DNA from: Methanomicrobia archaeon
Lineage (GTDB): Archaea; Halobacteriota; Bog-38; Methanoflorentales; Methanoflorentaceae
DNA length: 64,000 bases
Direction of reading: 5' to 3'
Assembly: GCA_015660915.1 (NCBI GenBank)
Contig: JACTTZ010000005.1
Span: 29,035-93,034 of the forward strand
Below are positions 51,537 to 60,524 of the stretch, in pieces. Position numbers and translations under genes: made by a program. Numbering within the stretch: the stretch's first letter is position 1; the number at the start of each line of letters is the position of its first letter. The notes beneath the pieces are model-generated. The model ran no database searches. It was given only the letters and a program-made list of their open reading frames with translations, and was not told the DNA's origin.

Positions 51537-52205
51537 ATGAAAAAGCAAATTGGCTTAATAGCATTAACCGCATTACTGGTTTCATTCGTGGCTTTTTCAA
51601 GTGTAGCATCGGCCCAAGCAAGCAACGTGCAGGTGTTATTCTTCGAGTCGCCCATGTGCTCTGTCTGCCAAGAGGTTAAGCCGCTCGTTGAGAGCGCGGC
51701 TGCCCAGACTGGCGCCAAGCTCATAGTATATGACGTAAGCACATCACCTGGATCCGGAATCGCGCAAGCAAATGGCGTTAGTGGAACACCTACGATCGTC
51801 ATTCAAGGGGGGCAGACCCTTACAGGCGCTGTCTCCCAACAACAGATCGTCACAGCAATCAACGCAGCCACAGGCGCGTCTAAGGTTGTAGCTACCCCGA
51901 CTCCAACCGCTACGCCCAAGGTTGTAAAAGCTGCTGCAACTCCAACCGCTACGCCCAAGGTTGTAAAAGCTGCTGCAACTCCAACCGCTACGCCCAAGGT
52001 TGTAAAAGCTGCTGCAACGCCAACTACAACGCCAAAAGCTACAAAAACAGTAACGAAGACAACCGCTCAGCCGGCGATTCAGGTCGTTACAACAACTCAA
52101 ACACCAACTACTTCAACGCAGACAGTGCCAGAGTTCTCGCTACTTGGCCTAGGTGCCCCAGCGTTGGTAGTAGGTGCAATATACCTGTTCTTGAGAAGAC
52201 GATAA
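51537..52205 (+). CDS. secreted thioredoxin-fold protein with PEF-CTERM anchor
   Basis: Signal peptide; CSVC, GTPTIVI; Thr/Pro stalk; VPEF-TM-RRR. Confidence 0.85.
   Translation: MKKQIGLIALTALLVSFVAFSSVASAQASNVQVLFFESPMCSVCQEVKPLVESAAAQTGAKLIVYDVSTSPGSGIAQANGVSGTPTIVIQGGQTLTGAVSQQQIVTAINAATGASKVVATPTPTATPKVVKAAATPTATPKVVKAAATPTATPKVVKAAATPTTTPKATKTVTKTTAQPAIQVVTTTQTPTTSTQTVPEFSLLGLGAPALVVGAIYLFLRRR
51900..52016 (+). repeat. perfect 39-bp tandem repeat x3 (TPTATPKVVKAAA)
   Basis: actccaaccgctacgcccaaggttgtaaaagctgctgca at 51900, 51939, 51978. Confidence 0.95.
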
Positions 52206-52207
52206 AG

Positions 52208-52234
52208 AGGGTTATTCATTTAACCCCTTTTTTT
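52208..52234 (+). terminator. hairpin plus T-tract terminator
   Basis: gagggtta ttcatt taacccc tttttttt. Confidence 0.6.
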
Positions 52235-52408
52235 ATTCAATAACGCCATTCTACAAAGCGGCAGCTTTATTCTGACTTAGAATCTTTTTTAAGCTCAATT
52301 CCTCCAGTGGAAACACTGCAGCCAAAAAGAGAAGCTATTTATACTGCGTTCGAAAGAGTCGTCAAGGTAATACCAATAGCGCTCCTTACGAGCACAGGAG
52401 GTAATCTT

Positions 52409-52666
52409 TTGGAACCGAGGCAAAAGGTGATGATGCTCCTAATCGGAGTTACAGTCATCGCGCTTTCAGTACAAGTGGCAGCTGCGACAACCTACTGTCC
52501 TAACTGCCAAGTTCACTACAGCGACGTTATGACGGTGAATACCCCTGCGTCTACGTCGCAAGATGCCCCAACTCACGCTGGGCTGCTCTCGCTCCTAGAC
52601 CCTTTGACGGCGTTTACGAGCTCGAGTCAAGTGAACATCGCGGCCACGGTGCTACAACTATTGTAG
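52409..52666 (+). CDS. small secreted protein with CxxCxxH motif
   Basis: AGGAGGT RBS before TTG 52409; signal peptide ending VAAA; YCPNCQVHY. Confidence 0.55.
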   Translation: MEPRQKVMMLLIGVTVIALSVQVAAATTYCPNCQVHYSDVMTVNTPASTSQDAPTHAGLLSLLDPLTAFTSSSQVNIAATVLQLL

Positions 52667-52761
52667 TGTCCAAGAGGGTGGCATGCCCGCTCCTCTAATC
52701 TCAGTCGCCAACAAGAGTAGGAGTCTAACAACACAAACGTAAGAGCAGTGAAAGGGCAACA

Positions 52762-53817
52762 ATGGCCATAAAACGCACTATTCTAACGACCGTGGCCGCG
52801 CTCGTCCTAATTGCATTTGTGATTGCACCTGCTCTTGCTCCTTTATCTGACGGACAGACAAGCGCCTCCAGTGTTCAGCTCCTTGCTAGCTTTAAACCTT
52901 CCTCGACCTCAGCGCAAATTAACGAGACGATCAACTTCACGGACCAATCAACCGGGTCAATTACTTCACGTAGCTGGAGCTTCGGCGACGGGGCTTCCTC
53001 GAATGTAATGTCTCCCAGCCATTCCTACGGGGTAGCAGGCAACTACAACGTCACCCTTACGGTTACCGATAGCAACGAGGCGAACAACACGGCCTCTCAA
53101 ATCATCACGGTAACTGCCCCAACTCCAACAGCCTCGCCCAGCCCAACTCCAAACGCTGCTCCGACTCTGTCGCCGACAGCTCCGGTTAGTCCCAGCCCAT
53201 CTCCGACAACGTCCACGTCAACACAGCCTACGGTTACGCCAAATCCTTCAACGTCAGACACGCCAAAGAGCACGACCACTTCTTCTTATTCGGACCCTCC
53301 AGATCCAACTTTGAGCCCCACCACATCTCACGTCTCTAAAGCCGAGCAGTCAAACAACGCCGCCGCAGCACAGACGTTTGAAGCGCCGTGGTTGGCATCG
53401 CCTGCGATAGGCTCAGACCCACAAGGAGCAAACTGCTCAATCTCCGTAGAACTGAGGAACTGCACCACAACGCTCGCGGAGCCAATGAGTACGTCTACCG
53501 CATCGCAGACATCGCTAGTATATGCGCCTACTTGGCTTGCGCCAACGGCATCCTCAAGCGCGTTGGCAGAAGCGGCTACTATGTCAGCGGCAGCATCTGC
53601 GCTACAAGGTGGTTCAGGACCAACCCCTTGCGTCACACCAACGGCTTCTTGTCAAACGTCCCAGAATGGTTCAGCGCCAAATCTGACCTTGCCAGCGGCT
53701 CAAACAAACGGCGCCGCAGGCTTGCCCACGCAGTCCGTGTTCGAATTCTCCGTTCTTGGGTTAGGGGCTCCGACACTTCTCGTCGGATTGCTATACCTCT
53801 TGTTAAGAAGGGTTTAG
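52762..53817 (+). CDS. PKD-domain surface protein with PEF-CTERM-like anchor
   Basis: FTDQSTG, WSFGDG, PSHSY..AGNYNVTLTVTD; VFEF-TM-RRV. Confidence 0.85.
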   Translation: MAIKRTILTTVAALVLIAFVIAPALAPLSDGQTSASSVQLLASFKPSSTSAQINETINFTDQSTGSITSRSWSFGDGASSNVMSPSHSYGVAGNYNVTLTVTDSNEANNTASQIITVTAPTPTASPSPTPNAAPTLSPTAPVSPSPSPTTSTSTQPTVTPNPSTSDTPKSTTTSSYSDPPDPTLSPTTSHVSKAEQSNNAAAAQTFEAPWLASPAIGSDPQGANCSISVELRNCTTTLAEPMSTSTASQTSLVYAPTWLAPTASSSALAEAATMSAAASALQGGSGPTPCVTPTASCQTSQNGSAPNLTLPAAQTNGAAGLPTQSVFEFSVLGLGAPTLLVGLLYLLLRRV

Positions 53818-54011
53818 CTACCCTGTTTGGTTTGTATAATTACTCTTGGCTCATCGACGGTCCACCAAGGCTACGACTGCCGAGGCTCACGTCTGTCAGA
53901 TCGGCGCTTTCTCTTAAGAGGGCTTCAATCGCTTTAAGGGGCTGCTTGACGTCGTCCGCTGCGCGCTAGTGCTGCGAAAAGACTTTCTAACATCAAGTCT
54001 AATGGGGATCG

Positions 54012-55004
54012 ATGATCAGGGTTGGGATAATAGGCGGATCTGGCTACACAGGCGGGGAATTGCTGAGATTGCTCGTTCAACACCCAGAAGCCGAAGTTAC
54101 TTTGGTCACTTCGCGAGCCCTCGCCGATATCCCGGTCGCCGACGTGCACCGCTATCTCAAAGGGTTTTACGATTTGCGATTTGTGAACGCCGAAGCGAAG
54201 TCGGTTGCAGAAGCAGCTGACGTTGTTTTTCTCGCGGTTCCGCACGGGGCAGCTATGGGACTCGTGCCTGATCTCATCGATAAGGTGCGCATAATCGACC
54301 TCAGTGCAGACTATCGACTCGGCCGACACTACGAGGAGGTCTACGGCCCCCACACGGATCCTCGAGACGCTGTCTACGGCCTGCCGGAGTTGCACCCTGA
54401 AGTAGCTAGTGCACGCCTGTGTGCCAACCCAGGGTGCTATCCTACGGGGGCTATACTAGCCGCAGCGCCTCTGGTCAAAGCAGGATTAGCAGATCATATC
54501 GTATTCGACTCAAAGTCCGGCATTTCAGGCGCAGGAGCCGCCCCCACTGCGACGTCGCACTATCCTAACTTGGCGGAGAACGTCGTGCCTTACCAGCTGA
54601 CCAGACACCGGCACAAAGCCGAAATCGTCCAAGAGCTCGCGCGACTGGGAACCGTGGCCGTAGACTTTACCCCGCACGTCATTCCGTCCATACGAGGCAT
54701 TCTGACGACCGCACACATCTTCGTGAACGAGGACTTAGATAGTGACCAGATTCGATCACTCTACGGCACGTTTTATGCCGAAAGTCCTTTCATTCGGTTC
54801 AACGTGCCCTCACTCGGATCGGTCCGAGGCACCAACTTCTGCGACCTCTTCATTGAACGAGACGACGCGTCGAACCGCGTCGTCGTCGTCTCTGCCATCG
54901 ACAACATGGTCAAGGGCGCATCAGGCCAAGCCATCCAGAATATGAATCTCATGTTCGGCCTCGATGAAACGACAGGGCTCTGGTCCCCTGCACTATCGCT
55001 CTGA
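54012..55004 (+). CDS. argC: N-acetyl-gamma-glutamyl-phosphate reductase
   Basis: GGSGYTG, DLSADYR, NPGCYPT, DNMVKGASGQA. Confidence 0.96.
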   Translation: MIRVGIIGGSGYTGGELLRLLVQHPEAEVTLVTSRALADIPVADVHRYLKGFYDLRFVNAEAKSVAEAADVVFLAVPHGAAMGLVPDLIDKVRIIDLSADYRLGRHYEEVYGPHTDPRDAVYGLPELHPEVASARLCANPGCYPTGAILAAAPLVKAGLADHIVFDSKSGISGAGAAPTATSHYPNLAENVVPYQLTRHRHKAEIVQELARLGTVAVDFTPHVIPSIRGILTTAHIFVNEDLDSDQIRSLYGTFYAESPFIRFNVPSLGSVRGTNFCDLFIERDDASNRVVVVSAIDNMVKGASGQAIQNMNLMFGLDETTGLWSPALSL

Positions 55005-55014
55005 GGTACCACGT

Positions 55015-55488
55015 ATGAAAGTCATAGACATCATGAATCCAAACGTCATTACAGTGAAGCCCGACACGACGGTGCGAGAGTGTATCAAGGTGCTGCGCGA
55101 GAACAAGATAAGCGGCGTGCCGGTAATGACTGACAGAGAGCTCGTCGGCATCGTAACGGAAAACGACATACTCTCCCTGCTCGAAATACCTGAACACACC
55201 GGCTACTGGCTGCCAAGCCCGTTGGAGATCATTGAGGTACCCGTGCGCGAAATCGTTGAGCGTCTCGAACTGAGAGACTCAGTAAGCGAAGATGTCGGCG
55301 AGTGGAGAGTCGACCGCGTCATGAAGAAGCCGGTTCACACGATAAACGGCGACGCCGATATCGAAACTGCCACCGAGCACATGATGAGGCACAAGATCAA
55401 TCGACTTCCTGTCGTTGATGATGCCGGCAAATTGATCGGAATCGTCACGCGCGGCGACGTAATTAAAGGAATTGCTGAGGGCAGTTAA
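55015..55488 (+). CDS. CBS domain protein
   Basis: ISGVPV, GIVTE.D, INRLPVVD, GIVTRGD; lies between argC and argJ. Confidence 0.92.
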   Translation: MKVIDIMNPNVITVKPDTTVRECIKVLRENKISGVPVMTDRELVGIVTENDILSLLEIPEHTGYWLPSPLEIIEVPVREIVERLELRDSVSEDVGEWRVDRVMKKPVHTINGDADIETATEHMMRHKINRLPVVDDAGKLIGIVTRGDVIKGIAEGS

Positions 55489-56678
55489 TGCACGTCGTGC
55501 AAGGAGGCGTCTGCGCGGTGCGTGGGGTAAAAGCGTGCGGTGTCAAAGAGGACAGAAACGGCGTTGCGCTCATCACTGGTGGCGGACAAGCGGTAGGGGT
55601 ATTCACTACCAATAACGTCACGGCAGCTCCCGTAATTGTCACACGCGAACACCTCGCACTGAATCATGAAATCCTCGCGGTCATCGCAAATAGCGGAAGC
55701 GCGAACGCTTTTACCGGGCCAGAAGGCATAGAAGATGCTAAATGCGTCGCCGAATCGCTCGCGCGACGCTTACATATTAGCGCTTCGCAAGTCGCGGTCG
55801 CCTCAACGGGCATCATAGGCAAACCCCTCAATAAAGACTGGATCGATTCGAAGCTCGAAAACCTTCTGTTAACGTTAGCTGACACAGCAGATGGTAGTCT
55901 TGCAGCAGCAAGAGCAATAATGACCACTGATTCCACACCGAAGCATATTGCTGTCGAATTCGGCGACGTCAGGATAGGCGGCATAGCAAAGGGAGCAGGA
56001 ATGATCGAACCGAAGCTTTGCACGATGCTCGCCTTCGTCTATACTGACGCGCGGCTCAGCGCTGAAACGTTGCAGGTATGTCTCAAGCGGGCAGTCGACA
56101 TTAGCTTTAACATGGTCGTTGTCGACGGTGACACAAGCACCAACGACAGCGTCCTTCTGATATCGACAGGCGAGAGCGCCGCAACCATTGAAATAGATGA
56201 GTTTCAAAACGCGCTGAACTTTGTGTGCGTTACGCTTGCAAAAATGATCGCGCGCGACGGCGAAGGTGCCTCAAAAATGATGGAAGTAACCGTTACAGGG
56301 GCACGAAATCACGAAGATGCAGTGAAGGCGGCTAAGGCTGTGGTGCGATCGCCACTCGTAAAAACCGCGCTTTTTGGGGCAGATCCGAACTGGGGTAGAA
56401 TCGTTGCCGCTGTCGGCTATTCAGAAGCGTTCGTAGACCCCTCACTTATCTCTTTGTCGCTGTCAGATGGAAAAGGCGCGCCCGTTGTGTTGCTCCAAAA
56501 CGGGCTCATATGCACTGCAGAGGCAGGCAAACTTGAGGAGAACGCGCTTGCGGCGATAATGCAAAGCGCTGAGATCTCCATCCAGATCGACTTGGCCGTG
56601 GGTGCTGCATCGGCCACAGCCTGGGGATGCGATCTTACGGACGACTACGTGCATCTTAACGCCCAATATACCACGTGA
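55488..56678 (+). CDS. argJ: ornithine acetyltransferase
   Basis: NSGSANA, IMTTD, KGAGMIEP, DGDTSTND, DPNWGR. Confidence 0.95.
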   Translation: MHVVQGGVCAVRGVKACGVKEDRNGVALITGGGQAVGVFTTNNVTAAPVIVTREHLALNHEILAVIANSGSANAFTGPEGIEDAKCVAESLARRLHISASQVAVASTGIIGKPLNKDWIDSKLENLLLTLADTADGSLAAARAIMTTDSTPKHIAVEFGDVRIGGIAKGAGMIEPKLCTMLAFVYTDARLSAETLQVCLKRAVDISFNMVVVDGDTSTNDSVLLISTGESAATIEIDEFQNALNFVCVTLAKMIARDGEGASKMMEVTVTGARNHEDAVKAAKAVVRSPLVKTALFGADPNWGRIVAAVGYSEAFVDPSLISLSLSDGKGAPVVLLQNGLICTAEAGKLEENALAAIMQSAEISIQIDLAVGAASATAWGCDLTDDYVHLNAQYTT

Positions 56679-56680
56679 CG

Positions 56681-59113
56681 CTAGCCTTCGAGCTGCGACT
56701 TGATCAGGAGAGCTTGACGCGCAACGTCCTTTTTATTCAAAATCGTAGCCATGGCCTCAATAGATTCCATCAAGCGCACTGCTTGATCGAGATAGTTGAG
56801 CACGTCACCAGAATACGCGTGAACGCCAAACTCTGACATCCGTTCAACGATGTCGGCAGGATCAAGTCCGCTCACACGCTGCTCGAGGACCCACCTCGAG
56901 AAGCTCCGCTCAGGACACCCACAAAATGGCGACTCCTTGCAGTCACAATCGACAAAGGCGATTGAAAAAGCAAGGACGCTTTCAAGCGCTTTCTGGTCAA
57001 GATACGTCAGCTCATCGCCGCTTCCTGAAAAGAACATCTCAAGATTTGCCCCGCTGAATACGTTGGGCGATACGTTTACGCCGAGCGCCTGCGCGAAGCG
57101 CTGAACATCGTTAAGGTACACTGTGGTGAAAACGTGGAGTTTGAGTAAAATATCTGACGGAGATTCGCCCTTCTTCACGGACTCGACCATTTGAACCGCT
57201 TCAGCAATAGTGAGGAAATCTCCAGAGACGACGTATCCTAGCTTGGTCGCTCGACCGTCATCGGAAACAAAGCCTAAACGTTTGAGCCGGTTTAGATGAG
57301 CGTTAACATCGTAGCTGGCGAGCATCTTCACAGGCCGACCAAAAGTGAGGTTCGCGAGTGCCTGCTCCGCCTGCGCGTCATCATCGTAAGCGATATCAAC
57401 ACCCTCAATAGAGCTTGAGAGTAATTTGATCGCAATTTGATCCTCCGTCTCGGACCCCCTAAATCTCTTGTCGGGCTCAGCGAGCAGCACCACCTTGCCG
57501 ACGTCGTGATAATCAGGCCTCCCTGCTCGACCGAGCATCTGATAGAACTCTTGCACGGTCAGCCAGTTGATGCCCATCGCTAGGGATTCGAATATGACTT
57601 GCGATGCGGGAAAATCGACGCCTGCCCCGAGTGCCGCGGTAGTTACGACGACGTCGACAGCGCCGTTGGCAAAGTTCGTTTCGACCTTCTTTCTTTCTCT
57701 ATACGCAAGGCCTCCATGATACGGGGCACTCTTTGCAGACAGCGCTTTGGATATCCTGTGACAGCGCGCCCGGGAGTTCGTAAAAACGATCGACTGGCCT
57801 TTGTACCCCTTGCTCGAGGTCCTCTTAATCTCATATCTGACGAGCTTGTTAATAATGGCAAGCTTGTCTTGCTCATTTGCAAAAACGAGGTGCCGTTCGA
57901 TGGGAACCGGGCGCTCTTCGTACTCAACGAGCTCCGCACCGAGCTCACGGGCGAGTACGCGAGGGTTACCAACAGTTGCCGAAAGGTAAATGCGTTGTGA
58001 TCGCGGCGCTAACGTCTTAAGCCGCGAAATGAGCCCGTCAAGGCGACTTCCACGTTCTTCATCTTCCAGCATGTGCACCTCATCGACGACAATTGTCCCG
58101 ATATCGCCGAGGAGCTCAGCATTGTTCGTGCGGAGCACCTGATCGATGCCCTCGTACGTTCCAACAAGAATATCCGCTGAATAATCGGGCTCCACTCGTG
58201 TCCAGTCGCGAGTCCGAATCCTGCTGCCGCCGATCCTTATACTTGCGTTCAGGCCCAGGTTGCGGTAGCGCATATCGAACTCACTGTGCTTCTGATTTGC
58301 TAGGGCGACAAGCGGAACGACGAACAGCAGTTTTCCCTTACCGTTGAGGAGGTTGTTGACGCCTGCTAGCTCCCCGATGAGCGTCTTTCCCGTTGCCGTT
58401 GCGGAGACTACAAGCAGATCCTTGCCCTTAAAAAGCCCTCGCTCCACTGCCATTGATTGGACCGGAAGCAACTCTGATAGACGCTTCTTAAGCAGCTGCT
58501 TCAGCCTATCATCTACGTCGAGCTCATCGATCGCAATGCTCGGATAGCTCTCGACTCGTCTCGAAAGCACGTCATATCGCGTCAATTCAGAATCAACGCC
58601 AGAACCGAGGAAACGGATGACGCGATCGAGATCGCGGACTTTGTTAAGAAGCGCGTAGAAGTGATTATAACGCACAAAGCCCCGAAAACTTAGTTCTCTC
58701 CGCAGTTCGGTTTGGGCGCAGTCCATACAGATGCGCTCCCCGTCGTGGCGAACAAAATTCGAGTTGATCGGCTTGTATCGTCGCTTTCCGATGCAAAATC
58801 CACAGACACGCACCCGGTCGTAGGAAATCTGGTACGCCTCGAACAACGCGATGAGGTCCTCAAGCACCTTCTGCTCGCCTAGCGTGGAGCGGTCACGCTC
58901 CGCAAGCGTCACGTTGTGCTGTCGCAAAATCCCAACGACCTCAGCCGGCCTCTTAGGAACCTCTTTCCCACCCTGGATAATCATAAAGCGCTTCGGCCTC
59001 GGGCCCTTGGAAGTGTCACTGAGCGTCAACGTTGCGTCTAAGGTACACTGTGCGGGCTCAGCCGAAAAAAGCCTGACGTTAAAGCGCTGCACTTGGGCGA
59101 TCAAATGAGCCAT
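56681..59113 (-). CDS. archaeal DEAD/DEAH-box helicase
   Basis: ATATGKT, DEVH, LSAT, QMLGRAGR, C-terminal CDCKESPFCGC. Confidence 0.9.
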   Translation of the reverse strand: MAHLIAQVQRFNVRLFSAEPAQCTLDATLTLSDTSKGPRPKRFMIIQGGKEVPKRPAEVVGILRQHNVTLAERDRSTLGEQKVLEDLIALFEAYQISYDRVRVCGFCIGKRRYKPINSNFVRHDGERICMDCAQTELRRELSFRGFVRYNHFYALLNKVRDLDRVIRFLGSGVDSELTRYDVLSRRVESYPSIAIDELDVDDRLKQLLKKRLSELLPVQSMAVERGLFKGKDLLVVSATATGKTLIGELAGVNNLLNGKGKLLFVVPLVALANQKHSEFDMRYRNLGLNASIRIGGSRIRTRDWTRVEPDYSADILVGTYEGIDQVLRTNNAELLGDIGTIVVDEVHMLEDEERGSRLDGLISRLKTLAPRSQRIYLSATVGNPRVLARELGAELVEYEERPVPIERHLVFANEQDKLAIINKLVRYEIKRTSSKGYKGQSIVFTNSRARCHRISKALSAKSAPYHGGLAYRERKKVETNFANGAVDVVVTTAALGAGVDFPASQVIFESLAMGINWLTVQEFYQMLGRAGRPDYHDVGKVVLLAEPDKRFRGSETEDQIAIKLLSSSIEGVDIAYDDDAQAEQALANLTFGRPVKMLASYDVNAHLNRLKRLGFVSDDGRATKLGYVVSGDFLTIAEAVQMVESVKKGESPSDILLKLHVFTTVYLNDVQRFAQALGVNVSPNVFSGANLEMFFSGSGDELTYLDQKALESVLAFSIAFVDCDCKESPFCGCPERSFSRWVLEQRVSGLDPADIVERMSEFGVHAYSGDVLNYLDQAVRLMESIEAMATILNKKDVARQALLIKSQLEG

Positions 59114-59896
59114 CTATTGGTTTCCTGTGCTAAGATCGACCGATTCGTAAGAAATATCGCGAGACATGAGCTCAGCGATTAGAGGCGGCACTGCCTCATC
59201 GACCGCGACAACCACCGTTGAGAGTCCGCGAAAAGCAGCTTCAATGACGCCCTCTGCAGCAGCAAATTGGATCAGTGGTGATATGCCCACCTTTTTTACG
59301 GAGACGAGCGCTTCCAAGCCCAGAACCGCGACGGGCTTATTATCCACTATCTGCCTGAGCGCTTCGAGGTCTACGGCTGCTGACCCGCCGCGCTGCACCC
59401 GCGGGACGATTGCGATCGTCACGTGGACACGGTCCATAGGGATGATCCCACTCAAATGCTCCACCCCGACGTCGTCCCCTTTGCGCGCATCGCCTATCGT
59501 AGTGCCGCGTGCACCGAAGGCCTTGCTGTTTGAATGAAACGCGTACAGGATCCCATCACGCATCCTCAGTCCGACGCTGGTCCCGCTGCCGACGTCCTCT
59601 TCCGCGATGGCCGTCCAAACGGCCACCTTTCCCACGATGTCTTCCGTGACGTACCGTATGTAATTGTTAAGCTCGTTTGTCCACTCGATGATGAGCTCAA
59701 TGCCCGCCTTAGTCACCTCGTACTGTCCGCGCTTATTAAACTTCACAAAGCCATCAGTCACAAGGTCCTTGAGATATTCGGAGACCGCTTGAGGAGTTAC
59801 CCCGACCCGGTCAGCAACTTCTTTCTGCCTGATTTTTGGCTGAAGCGCTGCTACTTCTACAAGCACCTGCATCTTGGTGCTCTTTCCTTTCTTCAT
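59114..59896 (-). CDS. winged-helix (MarR-like) transcriptional regulator
   Basis: RQKEVADRVGVTPQAVSEYLKDL...YEVT..G. Confidence 0.85.
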   Translation of the reverse strand: MKKGKSTKMQVLVEVAALQPKIRQKEVADRVGVTPQAVSEYLKDLVTDGFVKFNKRGQYEVTKAGIELIIEWTNELNNYIRYVTEDIVGKVAVWTAIAEEDVGSGTSVGLRMRDGILYAFHSNSKAFGARGTTIGDARKGDDVGVEHLSGIIPMDRVHVTIAIVPRVQRGGSAAVDLEALRQIVDNKPVAVLGLEALVSVKKVGISPLIQFAAAEGVIEAAFRGLSTVVVAVDEAVPPLIAELMSRDISYESVDLSTGNQ

Positions 59897-59911
59897 CGGC
59901 GCAAAAAAAGA

Positions 59912-60415
59912 CTATTTTTTTGACAGCTCAAATCGATGACCCTTGACCACGAGATTCTGCGATCGTTTGGCGATGCCCCTGAGAAAAGTCGGACTCTGGT
60001 TCAACGTGCGCGAAAGGTTTTGCACGGAACTGTTACCATTTTTTACCTCGAATTCCATCGTGTCTGCGACGTCGCGTAAAGCCTCATCATCAGTGATCGC
60101 GATACGAATAAGGTCGCACATGTCAGAGATAGAACACTGAAAGTCGGCTCGAAGCTTCGAGTAGCAGGTATGGTACTCAACCTGCGGCGTGTTTCCTGGC
60201 TCGGGCATGCGCCACTTGCTCTCAACGAGACCTGTTTTTTTGAGTATATCGAGGCTATAATAGATGTCTTCCTGCAACATCTCTTTGAGCTCGTCCTCGG
60301 TTCGCCACCCGTTGAGTAGTGAACTAAAGACCCTCTTGTGGGAGTCGGACTTAAAAACTTGCAAGAGCGGGACTAGATCAGCCGGGTCATTGACGATGCG
60401 GGTCCTGTTGTTCAT
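59912..60415 (-). CDS. ArsR-like conserved methanogen HTH protein
   Basis: RTRIVNDPADLVPLL, LVESKWRMP.PG. Confidence 0.75.
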   Translation of the reverse strand: MNNRTRIVNDPADLVPLLQVFKSDSHKRVFSSLLNGWRTEDELKEMLQEDIYYSLDILKKTGLVESKWRMPEPGNTPQVEYHTCYSKLRADFQCSISDMCDLIRIAITDDEALRDVADTMEFEVKNGNSSVQNLSRTLNQSPTFLRGIAKRSQNLVVKGHRFELSKK

Positions 60416-60524
60416 GTGACTACCTCGCAGTATAGAACGCGGCAAAGGTAATTAAACCTTTTGAACTCCGGAATAGACATTAGTTAGGAGCGCGTTTATA
60501 GAATGCAACACGAATTGCGGTAAT

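Noticed and set aside
51900-52016. 39-bp repeats as a CRISPR array
   Set aside because: No spacers; in-frame coding repeat; no cas genes
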